A stretch of 64,000 bases of DNA from an uncultured delta proteobacterium (GCA_963778115.1 CAVZSV010000004.1:2368001-2432000), one strand, 5' to 3'. Positions 39,143 to 49,492 are shown, counted from the stretch's first letter. Translations and numbers: made by a program. The notes: a model not told the origin generated them from the sequence alone.

Positions 39143-39958
39143 TTAGGGTGTTACCTCAGTAACCGAAGGTACCTTTTCGATGGATTTCTGAGTAGATCCA
39201 GAATCAAGCAGCGGAGTTATGGGATAAATCAGAGCGCGATCGGTTTTGGGTTCAAGTCCTAAACGAACTATTAGCCAAGGGCGAAGCATGGACCACCACG
39301 AGATAATGGGAGTTATCTTCGAATAATTCTTTCCTGACGCGGGATACACCATGCTAATGGGAACTTCGAGATAGCGTGATTTCCCCAGGAGTACCTTAGC
39401 GAGGACATAGTATTCAAATTCATAACGATAGAGCCAGGGATGATCCCAATCGGGTGCGTCGTTTTCAAGGACGGAAAGTTTGTAAGCGCGGTACCCACAA
39501 GTGGCATCGGTCACTCGTTTTCCCGTCAGAAAGCGAGGGATTTGATTAAAGATAAAAGGAATTCCAAATTTTCGAAATTTCGGTGCATTCACAAATCTGC
39601 CACCGGGAAGAAAACGACTCCCCCAAACGTAGTCTGCTTGATTAGCTCGAATGGGGTCTAATAGCCGATACATTTCGGCGGGTAACATCTTCCCATTTCC
39701 GGCCATGTGAATGACGACATCAAATCCGTGTTTCAGAGCGTATCTGGTCCCCTGGATGAGAGCGTGTCCTATTCCGATTCGACCGTGATTACGAATGTAA
39801 TTGAAACCCGATCTTCGAATCATTCCGAAAGAGCCATCGTTACTGCCGTCATCAATGAAGAGCACTTCGTCACAAGCAAGATGATTGCGACAACGCTCAA
39901 AGAGCAGAGCCAATTCGGAAGCTTGATTGAAGACGGGAACAATACACAGTGATCGCAT
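39143..39958 (-). CDS. GT2 glycosyltransferase, DPM1-like (paralog)
   Basis: PVFNQ, IDDGSND, VWGSRF and TDATCGYRAY motifs. Confidence 0.88.
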   Translation of the reverse strand: MRSLCIVPVFNQASELALLFERCRNHLACDEVLFIDDGSNDGSFGMIRRSGFNYIRNHGRIGIGHALIQGTRYALKHGFDVVIHMAGNGKMLPAEMYRLLDPIRANQADYVWGSRFLPGGRFVNAPKFRKFGIPFIFNQIPRFLTGKRVTDATCGYRAYKLSVLENDAPDWDHPWLYRYEFEYYVLAKVLLGKSRYLEVPISMVYPASGKNYSKITPIISWWSMLRPWLIVRLGLEPKTDRALIYPITPLLDSGSTQKSIEKVPSVTEVTP

Positions 39959-40046
39959 AGATTGCCTCAAGTCGTAGTGGGACTTGATTACTCATCGGCA
40001 AATTGTGAAGGAAATATGAGGAAAACGACTTAGTTTGGTAGACGGC

Positions 40047-42599
40047 TCAGTATCGTGAGGCCAGAGGAATTAAATGCGATGCGTCTTTTAGCTCGACCGA
40101 TTCGACAATGGCTCGTCTCGTTCCGTCTTTACCTGGAGGAAAATCGATATCGACCGTATTCGACTCGGTGCATTTTAATTCGCTAATGGGAATGGACAAA
40201 GTAACGCGGTGGGCGAAAAGATTTTTTCCGGGAAAGGTATGCGCCGCTCCTTCACCGGTAGGCTGTCCGTTTAGTTTGATATCGGGCATTTCAAAGTTTG
40301 CTTCAGGAGGAAATTCCATGGTCACTTGTAAAGAATGGCTCTTTAGACCAGCCTTTTGGCAGGTCTTTCGCCCATCGATGGAAAGGCCATACCAATGGGT
40401 CGCGAGATAGGGAAGACCGTCGTGTCGATTTGCCCAAGCCGGTTGCCACCAAGCGGCCGCTCCCGCAGAGGGGGAGGGTTTTGGCTCGAGCTTTAGAAAG
40501 GATAGGGAAACGCAGCTTTTAGTGAGTTCGAGAGGAGGAGCCCCAAGACCGAATTGAGGATATTTTCGGCAATCTCGAAGCGCTTTCGAAAAGGTCCACT
40601 CTCGCTCGCCTTCCCAAACAGGCTCGTCCTCGTTCCATTCCGTAGAGCTTCCGATGGCAAGGATTGGGGAATATCCCAACTCTTGTAATCGCTCGATCCC
40701 TTTCGAAGCTTCATAAGAGAAAGGATGATTAATAAAGGTCACTGGAATATCGAAGCCGTTGCTAAGCGGCATCAAAAAGCTCTCTTCAAGCCAACTTGGG
40801 GAAACGGCGACTATCACGGGCTTCTTTCCGGGAAGAGTTTCATGATCCACGATCTGGCGAAGTTTAGCGTAAGTGGAAAAGGCCGTTTGGCAGATGTCGG
40901 AATGGTTGATGGCAAATAAGATCCCGCCATTCCATAGCGCAGTGAAGGCGACCAAGGGGACTATCCATGTTTGCTTTTTTGTTTTAACGAGGGAAAAGAG
41001 AAAGACAACGAACCCTATGATCGACAAAGGGATGAGTTCGATCAAAAGGTACCGTTGAAAATTGACTTGAAGATTGAGCGGTAGAAATCGAAACACGCAA
41101 TAGAAGAAAAGGCAGAAAGGCAAAAAGGTCTGCAAGAAAAGAAATGCGGGTTTGCGCGTTATGATGAGAAACCTAAACCAGAAATAAAGGCCAAAACCGA
41201 CCAATGCTGGCCCTCCGTAAAAAAGAAGGGAGTCCAAGTTGAAAAGAACAAAGGGGTATCCGCCAATATTAACGGTAAGCTTGGTTACCAGACGTACATA
41301 ACGGATGACGACTCCTAGAGTGAAGATAGAAAAAAAGCACTTCCACAAGAGCGCCCAATTTCGGCGAGCAAAGGCAGTCTGGAGGAGGTCGACCACTTTA
41401 CGGCGAAGTAAAAAAAGAACGGTGATTGCACTTAGCGCTCCGAACATCCACCAAAGCGGATTTAAGAGATGGCTCGCCAGGGGAAAGGGCAGAAACTTAA
41501 CTATCGACCTAGAATAAAAACGCAAAATATCTTCCGTATAGGTGGGAGAGAAATGTAGCATCAGTCCGGTGAAGCAAAGGGTTGAGGCGAGCCCCCCAAA
41601 CCACGTCCAACGGTTAAGCGTTTTAGAGGTCGTCTGCTTTTCCAACCAAGCACAGGTTAGAAAAAAGAAAGGTAAATACAATAATCCACTGACTCGGGTT
41701 CCGATTCCCGCCGCGATGCCGGCCAGTAAAAGAAAGCGTCCCAGTATGGGAGCCGCGCTCAGTTCGAAGAGAGAAAAAAGAATTGCTGCAAAGAAAACGG
41801 CTGCCAGAGGTTCCGACAGGGGCTCACGATAAAGGGGGGCTACCAATGGACAGAGTACCAGCATCCATGCCGCTAAAGAGGTGATAAGATTTGCTTCGCC
41901 TATCAAAAGCTCGCATAACGCCATTAAGCAAAGGGCTAAAGCGATGAAATGGAACCATTGGATTCGTAGAGCGTTGCGTTCTCCAAAGAGTTCGATGCCT
42001 ACGGCAAGAAATAAGGGTGCTCCGTAAAACCCATGAAAACTTGAGAGCCCTTTTTCCAAATTAAATGGAATGACTCCATAATTTCTTGTGAGTTGCCACT
42101 CTTCAGCAGAACGATCGGCGTTTAGCAGAGGTTTAAGCGCCTCATCCCCTTCCCCGTATGCTTTTTCGATGAGAGGATCGGAATGAAAGAGGCTTCCGGT
42201 TCTAGCCAAATGAAGGGACGAATTCAGATACGCCGAGGGGTCGTGAGTTGCGTAGAGGTAGTAGATGCCGTGCCACTGAAGGGCGATGCCCGTCAAGATT
42301 GCTAGCAGAAGACTCATGGCTGGGGCAAAGGCCAAGTCTAACTGCACCTTTAAGCCCTTTTTCCTTCGACATGCTAACAGACCGAGTGCGGTGGCTACCC
42401 CCATCGTTAGAGTATGGTGAGCGAGCGACCAGCTATTGAAACATAGGGGCGGAACTCCACAGAGGAAAACAAGGGCATAGCCTAAGAGAGAGAGACGAGC
42501 AAGTTCGGGAATATTAATTCGAAAGTGAGTGTGAGACGTAAGAAGGACTCTTAAGGTAAGAGTTCCTATTATCAAGATGACGATAAAAAGGAGTGCCAT
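40047..42599 (-). CDS. Large polytopic membrane protein, GT-C-like, with periplasmic C-terminal domain
   Basis: HDPSAY...HLARTG loop, SEP motif, RYL motif, many TMs. Confidence 0.6.
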   Translation of the reverse strand: MALLFIVILIIGTLTLRVLLTSHTHFRINIPELARLSLLGYALVFLCGVPPLCFNSWSLAHHTLTMGVATALGLLACRRKKGLKVQLDLAFAPAMSLLLAILTGIALQWHGIYYLYATHDPSAYLNSSLHLARTGSLFHSDPLIEKAYGEGDEALKPLLNADRSAEEWQLTRNYGVIPFNLEKGLSSFHGFYGAPLFLAVGIELFGERNALRIQWFHFIALALCLMALCELLIGEANLITSLAAWMLVLCPLVAPLYREPLSEPLAAVFFAAILFSLFELSAAPILGRFLLLAGIAAGIGTRVSGLLYLPFFFLTCAWLEKQTTSKTLNRWTWFGGLASTLCFTGLMLHFSPTYTEDILRFYSRSIVKFLPFPLASHLLNPLWWMFGALSAITVLFLLRRKVVDLLQTAFARRNWALLWKCFFSIFTLGVVIRYVRLVTKLTVNIGGYPFVLFNLDSLLFYGGPALVGFGLYFWFRFLIITRKPAFLFLQTFLPFCLFFYCVFRFLPLNLQVNFQRYLLIELIPLSIIGFVVFLFSLVKTKKQTWIVPLVAFTALWNGGILFAINHSDICQTAFSTYAKLRQIVDHETLPGKKPVIVAVSPSWLEESFLMPLSNGFDIPVTFINHPFSYEASKGIERLQELGYSPILAIGSSTEWNEDEPVWEGEREWTFSKALRDCRKYPQFGLGAPPLELTKSCVSLSFLKLEPKPSPSAGAAAWWQPAWANRHDGLPYLATHWYGLSIDGRKTCQKAGLKSHSLQVTMEFPPEANFEMPDIKLNGQPTGEGAAHTFPGKNLFAHRVTLSIPISELKCTESNTVDIDFPPGKDGTRRAIVESVELKDASHLIPLASRY

Positions 42600-42613
42600 A
42601 GTCTAACTCTCTA

Positions 42614-43249
42614 TCAACCCTTAAAATATTCATTTGCTTGGACAGGGAGATCGGTGCAGAGGGCTTCAAACTTAACGCTCTTCAAAGTCGCCCAAAATGT
42701 TTTTTCTTCCCTGCCATGAAGTTCTGGCGAAACAATCGCCAATTTTTTGATTTGAGTTATATTAAGTCTGGAGATCTCCTCTTTGGGACAATCTCTTTCA
42801 AAAGCGTCCACCCAAATCCAGTCACAAATATCGAGCGCGCTTGGGTTTTTCTCGTATTCGCTGTAGCGACTAGAGAGATTCACTTTGGAGAAGCTACGAG
42901 AAAATTGTACTAACTGAGGAACGCTCATATCGAAAAAGACATGGCGGAACTTAGCCAGCGAATCTCGAAACGCCAGTAACAAAGGAACCAAACCATCCTC
43001 TTTAATATTGAGAAACGAAAGGGCGTCTGGATAGCGGGCGGCCAAACTTAGAAATTCCTCAAAGCGCGGGGGGCGTTTGGGATCCACGATCGGGTCATGA
43101 CTTAAGTAAAGTTTTCCTTCCTGTGATCGAATGTCCGTTTCGATTCCATACCCATGCCGAAAAGCATCCTCAATGGCGGGGAGACTGTTCGGAGGACTAA
43201 CGGATTCCGTCGGGTGCTTCCATAATCCCCGATGCGCAATGATATCCAT
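42614..43249 (-). CDS. Glycerophosphodiester phosphodiesterase-like protein
   Basis: IIAHRG, NSL.A, GIETDIR, LSHD, NIK, VSPELH and CTD motifs. Confidence 0.8.
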   Translation of the reverse strand: MDIIAHRGLWKHPTESVSPPNSLPAIEDAFRHGYGIETDIRSQEGKLYLSHDPIVDPKRPPRFEEFLSLAARYPDALSFLNIKEDGLVPLLLAFRDSLAKFRHVFFDMSVPQLVQFSRSFSKVNLSSRYSEYEKNPSALDICDWIWVDAFERDCPKEEISRLNITQIKKLAIVSPELHGREEKTFWATLKSVKFEALCTDLPVQANEYFKG

Positions 43250-43276
43250 AACCAGTCGCTTTCTCTTTATTGAAGG

Positions 43277-45100
43277 CTACTTTCGAGAGAGTAAAGGAGC
43301 CTCTACACTGTCTTGACGAAACCCAGCCCGAAGCAAACTGGCTAGGTGCGAAGGCCACGCTTCGGCGGACACGTAATACATGGCTCCAAAATGATTTCCA
43401 AAAATGACAACGATGGGTCTATAACCGGCACAGAGAAGTTTCTGAGGTCCACCAAAAAATCTTTCGTTCATACTGGCATAAGTCAGTCGAAGTCGTTTGA
43501 TATCAGCCACTATCTCGGGTCCGGTAGTTTCTTCGGAAAGATCGGTACTAAGAAAATCGCCGGGATATAAGATTTGAGGCATTACCTTCAATACCAACTC
43601 CGGGTAATGGCGTCGGAAGAGGCTTGCGGAATTGATCGGGTGGGCAGCAATGGCTGGATTGGTAACACCCAGAAGATCGAGTGCTTCGCGGTTGGCGAAG
43701 TACATTACGGTTGCCACTTCAGAGGACGCAATAACATCGGTCGGACGCGTGGTATTTCCCAGATGACGTCCCACCATTGAGAGCTGTTGAATCCTAAAGT
43801 TTCCTCGTCCTGGCCACCAAGACCTCAGGTTTTCGGCTAAAAAAGGATATCCTGACGATAGGAATAAATACGGGACGAGTAATAACAGAATCCCTCCGTA
43901 GAGGATTCGACGTTTTTCGTGAGAAATGGCGTTAGAGACCAGAAATACCATACAGATCGCCGCGAAAGTCGAAAGAAGAGTATAGGGCAGCAAGTATCGT
44001 CCCCAGGCCGGGGGAAACCAATCTCCTCCCGAAAGATAGTAAGGCAGGATGAAAACGCCTAAACCAGCACAAATGGTAAGAAGGGTTTGAATCTGTCTGG
44101 TTATATGCTGGGGCCGGGATAAAAAGAGACACCACAAAACGGTAATCGTAGCGAGTGCTCCATAACCGCTAAAAAGATCTTTGGCCAAATTCGCGGTTCC
44201 TAGCTTGAGAAAGACAGGATTTCCAAACGCCGATTTGTAGATGACTGGAGTTGGAATTGCCGACCCAAATGTTCGAATGCGATAGCAACTCAATAAGATT
44301 ATCGGAATAACGATTAATAAAGCGGTACCTATCGATTGTCTGATCTTTTGTGCCCAAGTTCCTTGGTGTTGATAGACATAAAAGAGAAAGAGAATTGCAG
44401 TTGCGAGGGCTCCCTCTAGTCGAATCAGTGGAATGACAGAGAGCAAGAATAATCCCCAGAAAGTTCGGTAAGGTTGAAAAAAGAGAAACGCTATCGACCA
44501 AAGGATGGCCGCGGAAAAGATAGGAGAGGAGAAGCCAATACTCGCGTTGAACATAAGGGTGGGACTGGCACACAAGATAAAAAATCCCAAAGTGCGTTGG
44601 GTAGCCGTAAGACCTAGAACTGAGGAGATTCTCCATAAAGCGAGCAGGCACAGCAACGCGCCTAAGAAACCTTGTAAAAAGGCCATCTCGGGTAGGGGAA
44701 GCCCCAATCTAGCCAGACATCCGATGGTGAAATAGGGTAAGAAATCGACGATTCCTTCGATGGGGGTGTTCTGGTTAAACGAGAAAAGTCCGCTTTGGGC
44801 AAAGTGTAGTGAATGCCTTAGATTGATAAAAAGTTCATCTACGGGCTCATTCAATAGCAATACCATGAGGCTAAAGCCGGCAACCGCGAAACAACGACTC
44901 AGCAGCCCCCAACAATCTTTTCGTGATCGAAATTGGATATAAAGAAAACTAACCGCCGCCGCGAAGCTAAGAAGGGCAGCTATCTTTTCATAGCGGACCA
45001 GCCAATCCATTCGATAGATCCCGCCGAAGAGCGTATCGTAAAGGCCCGAGATCTTTTCACTCGTCCGAAATACCAAAATGGAATTCTCGAGCGGGCTCAT
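43277..45100 (-). CDS. GT-C membrane glycosyltransferase, AftB/arabinofuranosyltransferase-like
   Basis: VDELFINLRHS..FA..G.FSFN....IEG, RLEG, GGDWF...GRYLLP and DLLGVTNP.IA motifs. Confidence 0.7.
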   Translation of the reverse strand: MSPLENSILVFRTSEKISGLYDTLFGGIYRMDWLVRYEKIAALLSFAAAVSFLYIQFRSRKDCWGLLSRCFAVAGFSLMVLLLNEPVDELFINLRHSLHFAQSGLFSFNQNTPIEGIVDFLPYFTIGCLARLGLPLPEMAFLQGFLGALLCLLALWRISSVLGLTATQRTLGFFILCASPTLMFNASIGFSSPIFSAAILWSIAFLFFQPYRTFWGLFLLSVIPLIRLEGALATAILFLFYVYQHQGTWAQKIRQSIGTALLIVIPIILLSCYRIRTFGSAIPTPVIYKSAFGNPVFLKLGTANLAKDLFSGYGALATITVLWCLFLSRPQHITRQIQTLLTICAGLGVFILPYYLSGGDWFPPAWGRYLLPYTLLSTFAAICMVFLVSNAISHEKRRILYGGILLLLVPYLFLSSGYPFLAENLRSWWPGRGNFRIQQLSMVGRHLGNTTRPTDVIASSEVATVMYFANREALDLLGVTNPAIAAHPINSASLFRRHYPELVLKVMPQILYPGDFLSTDLSEETTGPEIVADIKRLRLTYASMNERFFGGPQKLLCAGYRPIVVIFGNHFGAMYYVSAEAWPSHLASLLRAGFRQDSVEAPLLSRK

Positions 45101-45112
45101 AGGTAAAAGTTC

Positions 45113-45895
45113 CTATCGCTTTTCGATGACAATGGTCATTTCAGTGCCCAGAGTTTGTATGGGGCCTGCTAATTTGTCGATCCACTGGAGAAGCGGAAGA
45201 GTGAACGAAGGCAGAAACGTTCGATAGGAAAGACCTCCGCTCGCATAGTACATCAAAACCGTATGGTATTGCGTTGAAATGATCTGCAACTCGGGAAAGC
45301 GACTCTCGAATGTCTTGCGATCTCTTTCAAAGATAATCCAAGGGAGCGCGTTATTCGCTTTTGATAGTCGACCGTCCACGACATTGTGCCATTCCTTGGC
45401 ATTTCCGTCGTAAAATTCATAGGGATGGAAGTTTTGAATCATAAAGCGCTGCAGAGGAGATCCAGACGGTTCGGTGATGACCAGACGTCCTCCTGGAGCC
45501 AGAGTTCGCTTAGCCTCGGAGAGAAATTTTTCTGGGTAATCGAAATGGTGTAGGGCGTTAAGCACGAATAGAGCGCGCAAACTGCGATCCCCATAGGGAA
45601 GTTTGGTGGCATCGACGACTTGGTTGATATTGGAATGAGCCACTACATCCGTCTTGATGACATCGGGGATATAAAATTCAAGATGACTTGCTCCACACCC
45701 TATCTCGACCATCGGCAGCCGGAGATGTTCAGTAGCCTTCACCGAGGGGAGAAACTGCGAGTACCATTTTTGGTAGACGGCGCGCAAAAAGGGCTTAGAA
45801 AGGATGATCTCTCGATGTACCGATATCGTTTTCGGCGAATCGATATCAATGCCCTTAGTGAGCGGATGTGACCAGTATTTTCTTAGAAGCGACAT
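45113..45895 (-). CDS. Class I SAM-dependent methyltransferase
   Basis: VEIGCG, DATKLPY, NALHHF and RTLAPGGRLVITEP motifs. Confidence 0.85.
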   Translation of the reverse strand: MSLLRKYWSHPLTKGIDIDSPKTISVHREIILSKPFLRAVYQKWYSQFLPSVKATEHLRLPMVEIGCGASHLEFYIPDVIKTDVVAHSNINQVVDATKLPYGDRSLRALFVLNALHHFDYPEKFLSEAKRTLAPGGRLVITEPSGSPLQRFMIQNFHPYEFYDGNAKEWHNVVDGRLSKANNALPWIIFERDRKTFESRFPELQIISTQYHTVLMYYASGGLSYRTFLPSFTLPLLQWIDKLAGPIQTLGTEMTIVIEKR

Positions 45896-46490
45896 GTTCA
45901 CTAGAACCTATGGAAGGAGTCAGTTTCGCTGAGAATAGCGAGGTTAGCTCCGAATATTGAGTCTGGTTGAAAATAGAAAATGGCAATTCGATGCCACGAT
46001 TCTTTAGAACGCTTCTTCGTTCTCGAAAGGGCTCATCCTCACTGCACTGAATCGCGGTATGTCTTTTAAGCGCACGAGAAAAATAGGGTTTCAGCGGAGC
46101 CAACCAAAAGGGCATCTCCATAACGACCTCGTCGAGCATGAGGGTTGGGTAATTCGATTCGCTGGTACGGAAGAGAAGAGAGTTTAACGCGCTCGTAATC
46201 CCCAGTAAGGGAATGTATTCAATTTGATGAATTTGATAGGTATCCACGATTTTTCGAAAACCGAAAGTTTCGAAACTAAGAAAGTAGAAGCGCCGCTTGG
46301 TTCGATAAACCATAACATCATACTCGTGGTCCGATTTTTTTGAGGAACCTACGAAAAGGAGCTTAAAGGCCTTGTTGGTATTGGCATGTAAGAAAGCAAC
46401 GTGCTCCAAATCTTTCGCGTTTTCCCAAACAAAGTCGATCGCATGGCGGCTAAAATTTTTCACTTCCGTTTGGAGTAAGGTCTTTTTCAT
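45855..46490 (-). CDS. Stand-alone catalytic (mononuclear iron, SRPBCC-like) domain of a Rieske oxygenase
   Basis: WENAKDLEHVAFLH matches the E-N-x2-D-x2-H-x4-H motif, with a late ED (QCSEDEP). ATGA-coupled to the Rieske gene. Confidence 0.7.
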   Translation of the reverse strand: MKKTLLQTEVKNFSRHAIDFVWENAKDLEHVAFLHANTNKAFKLLFVGSSKKSDHEYDVMVYRTKRRFYFLSFETFGFRKIVDTYQIHQIEYIPLLGITSALNSLLFRTSESNYPTLMLDEVVMEMPFWLAPLKPYFSRALKRHTAIQCSEDEPFRERRSVLKNRGIELPFSIFNQTQYSELTSLFSAKLTPSIGSSEHVASKKILVTSAH

Positions 46491-46816
46491 ATGTGAGTTT
46501 CGTAAACAACGAGTTCATTTCCTTCAATGGAACCCGTAAATTCGGATAGCTGCCGGTAGCGCTCATGACAGCTTCTAAGCGGTCTTTCTTTGAACTCCAG
46601 TCCGTGCCAAGGACAAAACGCCGTGTCATTTTTCTTGTTCCACCGAAGCTGAGCGCCCATATGCGGGCAAAGTGAAGATATAATTCGAATTCCTGTGGGG
46701 GTGGGCACTACCATGACTTCCAGTTTCTCCGCGAGCCACACATGCATAGGGTCCTTCCCAAGCGGTTGCTCGAGTTTGACACGATACTTCACCTTTTTTT
46801 GAGTAGGTTCGGACAC
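46487..46816 (-). CDS. Rieske [2Fe-2S] protein
   Basis: CPHMG...CPWHG ligand motifs; GTG start. Confidence 0.9.
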   Translation of the reverse strand: MSEPTQKKVKYRVKLEQPLGKDPMHVWLAEKLEVMVVPTPTGIRIISSLCPHMGAQLRWNKKNDTAFCPWHGLEFKERPLRSCHERYRQLSEFTGSIEGNELVVYETHI

Positions 46817-47007
46817 AGAAAGCTCCTGGGATCAGCTTCTGGGAGAGTGAGAAATACGGGCTAAGTCCTAAGTATAACATGTCCTATTTCTGAAACTCTC
46901 TCTAAACTCTTCCAGCCTAATCTCCGATATAATTAGGACAGAACCCTTTTTGAACTATTCAGTTTAGTACTTCACTTAACAAAAAATCGAAAGAAGACGG
47001 GCGAATC

Positions 47008-48420
47008 ATGAAGATCGTCATTCTCGGTGGCGGACCAAGCGGTCTCGGCGTGGCATGGGGATTGGTGGAACGAGGCCATAAGGACATCGTTATCGTAGAG
47101 AGGAACTCTCAGCTTGGTGGTCTATCGGGTAGCTTTACCGTAGGGCATAGTACTTTGGACTTTGGACCCCATCGTTTTTCTCCTGAATATCCAGAGCTAG
47201 TGGAAAAGGTTAGAACCATTCTTGGAAAAGAGCTTCTCGAAGTTCCCAACGAACATGCCGTAGTTTTCAACAACCACGTCTACCGTTATCCTCCGGTTAT
47301 TAGCGATTTTTTTAATGTTCCGACCGCATGGATTACCTTTCGCGTCATCCTGAGCTTTGTATGGGAGCGAGTTAAATTTTATGCGAAACGTTGGATGGGC
47401 CAGAAAGCGTCGCCCGCCACTTTCGAAAGCATTATTGTGTCGCGCTTCGGAAGAGAGCTTTACGAGAAAGTAGTCAAACCGATTTCATTCAAAGTGTGGG
47501 GAGATCCAAAGTCTCTCGATCCGGAGTTCGCTAACTTAAGATTTTCGGTTCCAACCATAGTTCAATGGGGAAAGAAGCTGGTTGGCCATCAAGATACGTT
47601 CAATGACAAAGTCTTTTACTATCCTCGGAAAGGGTTTCAGCAGCTTTGGGACGTTTTGGGAGATCATTTACGAAGGCAAGGGGTGAAAATTCTCCTAAGC
47701 TCTCAGGCGACGGAAGTGGAAATTCAAAATGGGAGAGCCGTTTCGGTGAAGATTCAAAGTGAAGGAGAGTCTCACCACTTTGCTACCGATTGGGTGGTCA
47801 GCACTATTCCCACTCAACATTTCGTGAAAGTCATGCGACCGAACCCCCTTCGAGAGTCTAATATTTCGATGCAGAAGTTCGCCAACCGCGGAATGCTACT
47901 AGTTTATTTCTTAGTTAAAAAATCACAGAGCCTGCCAGCCCGCGTGGTAGTGGCGCCAGAATCCAAATATCTATTTAATCGACTAAGTGAACAAAACCAG
48001 TTTAGTCGAGACACGGTTCCGGCCGGAAAGTCGGCGGTTTTAGCGGATGTATTAGCTGATGTAGGTTCCGAGACCTGGAATATGAGCGACTCTTATTTAA
48101 TTGAGAAAATAACTCAGGAAATCGAATCTTGCGGTTTCTTCGCAGAGCATGAAATCGAAGAGGCTAAAGTCTTCCGAGTCCCTATTGCTTATCCCTTACC
48201 CACGACCGAACGAGAACTAGAGCAGAAGAAATTCAACGATGCCGTCCTCAATATCGAGAACGTGATTTGTACCGGGAGGTTTGCCTCTTCCGATTATAAC
48301 AACTCCCACACGGCACTCAATAAAGGCATTCTTGCCGCCGCGATGATGACTGAACTCAAAGCGACAGGGGAATGGTATCACGTCGCTGACAGCCTACGAA
48401 AGACGGCGATTCGGGACTAG
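47008..48420 (+). CDS. FAD-dependent oxidoreductase (UDP-galactopyranose mutase/HemY-like superfamily)
   Basis: GGGPSGL, ERNSQLGGL, DFGPHRF, FYYPRKG and GRFA...YNN motifs. Confidence 0.85.
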   Translation: MKIVILGGGPSGLGVAWGLVERGHKDIVIVERNSQLGGLSGSFTVGHSTLDFGPHRFSPEYPELVEKVRTILGKELLEVPNEHAVVFNNHVYRYPPVISDFFNVPTAWITFRVILSFVWERVKFYAKRWMGQKASPATFESIIVSRFGRELYEKVVKPISFKVWGDPKSLDPEFANLRFSVPTIVQWGKKLVGHQDTFNDKVFYYPRKGFQQLWDVLGDHLRRQGVKILLSSQATEVEIQNGRAVSVKIQSEGESHHFATDWVVSTIPTQHFVKVMRPNPLRESNISMQKFANRGMLLVYFLVKKSQSLPARVVVAPESKYLFNRLSEQNQFSRDTVPAGKSAVLADVLADVGSETWNMSDSYLIEKITQEIESCGFFAEHEIEEAKVFRVPIAYPLPTTERELEQKKFNDAVLNIENVICTGRFASSDYNNSHTALNKGILAAAMMTELKATGEWYHVADSLRKTAIRD

Positions 48421-48541
48421 GAAAACATAAGCACGTTCTTGCGCACCCCGGCGCCAAAGGATCGTAAGCTCCCCCCATCCCCGAGACAAGCAGCACGGTT
48501 TCCTACGCGGGTTTGTCCCGGAATAAGATTTCTAATGTTAG

Positions 48542-49492
48542 CTACTCATGAAGCAGGCGACGGCCCGTACATTGGGTCATCAGTTTGAGTCGTTTGAGAA
48601 AGCGAACGAAAAAATACCCCAAGAGTTCTAGCTCCGCCCGAAACCATCTTCTTTCGTAGAGAAAGAAAGATTTCCATTTCACCCCTTTTAATTCACTGAG
48701 CCTTACCGAGACATCTTGATTGGAAGCCGCCCATTGGATGAGGAACTGGTGCTTTTCGGAATTTCCTTCGGCGTTAGCCTTCTCAAGAAGCGTTCGATAC
48801 TGATGAGAGAAAGTGGGGTCCTTCCAGGAAGAGGCTTGTCCGTCGTGAGTCCGGATAGCAGCCAAAGGGGCTTGGATATGGATGACCGAGAAGCGTTTTA
48901 CTAGCCAGGTCATGAGCTCAATATCAGGATCCCAGAGAAATCTAGGATCAAACGGAGGTCGATTTTCCAAACAGGATTTGTGAATGGCTACGACACTGGT
49001 CGGAATCATTCTCTGATAGCGAAAGACATAATCGATGGCGCGTTGACCCGCCGACATAAATGCAAACGGCACATTTTGGGGAGTGATCTGGTCGGTCCAG
49101 ATGCCTTCGGGGGTGGTGTCGTTAAAATAATGGCACTCGGCATAGGCTACCTTCGCTTGGAACGTCTGACATTTCATTGCCACGATTTCGACATATCGGG
49201 GATGGAGGAGGTTATCCGAGTGCAAGAGGAGCTGGTAATCTCCCGTGGCTCTTTTCATGCCACGATTCCATCCTTTAGGGATATTTAGGTCTTCTTCGTT
49301 TCGAAAAAGTTTGAATCGGCTGTCATGTCCAAACTCCTTGATAAGAATATCAGGTGTGCCATCACGGGAAGTATTGTCATCCACGATGACTTCGATTTCG
49401 CGATAGGTTTGCGAAAGTGCCGAACGTACGGTTTCGATAACATGCACTTTGCTGTTAAAGGTAGGTATGACGATCGAAAAACGGGGTTGCAT
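48542..49492 (-). CDS. GT2 glycosyltransferase
   Basis: FSIVIPTFN, SALSQTY, DDNTSRDGT and LHSDN motifs. Confidence 0.88.
   Translation of the reverse strand: MQPRFSIVIPTFNSKVHVIETVRSALSQTYREIEVIVDDNTSRDGTPDILIKEFGHDSRFKLFRNEEDLNIPKGWNRGMKRATGDYQLLLHSDNLLHPRYVEIVAMKCQTFQAKVAYAECHYFNDTTPEGIWTDQITPQNVPFAFMSAGQRAIDYVFRYQRMIPTSVVAIHKSCLENRPPFDPRFLWDPDIELMTWLVKRFSVIHIQAPLAAIRTHDGQASSWKDPTFSHQYRTLLEKANAEGNSEKHQFLIQWAASNQDVSVRLSELKGVKWKSFFLYERRWFRAELELLGYFFVRFLKRLKLMTQCTGRRLLHE

Noticed and set aside
47008..48420. Assigning glf or hemY to the FAD oxidoreductase
   Set aside because: The motifs place it in the superfamily only; the specific activity cannot be told by eye.
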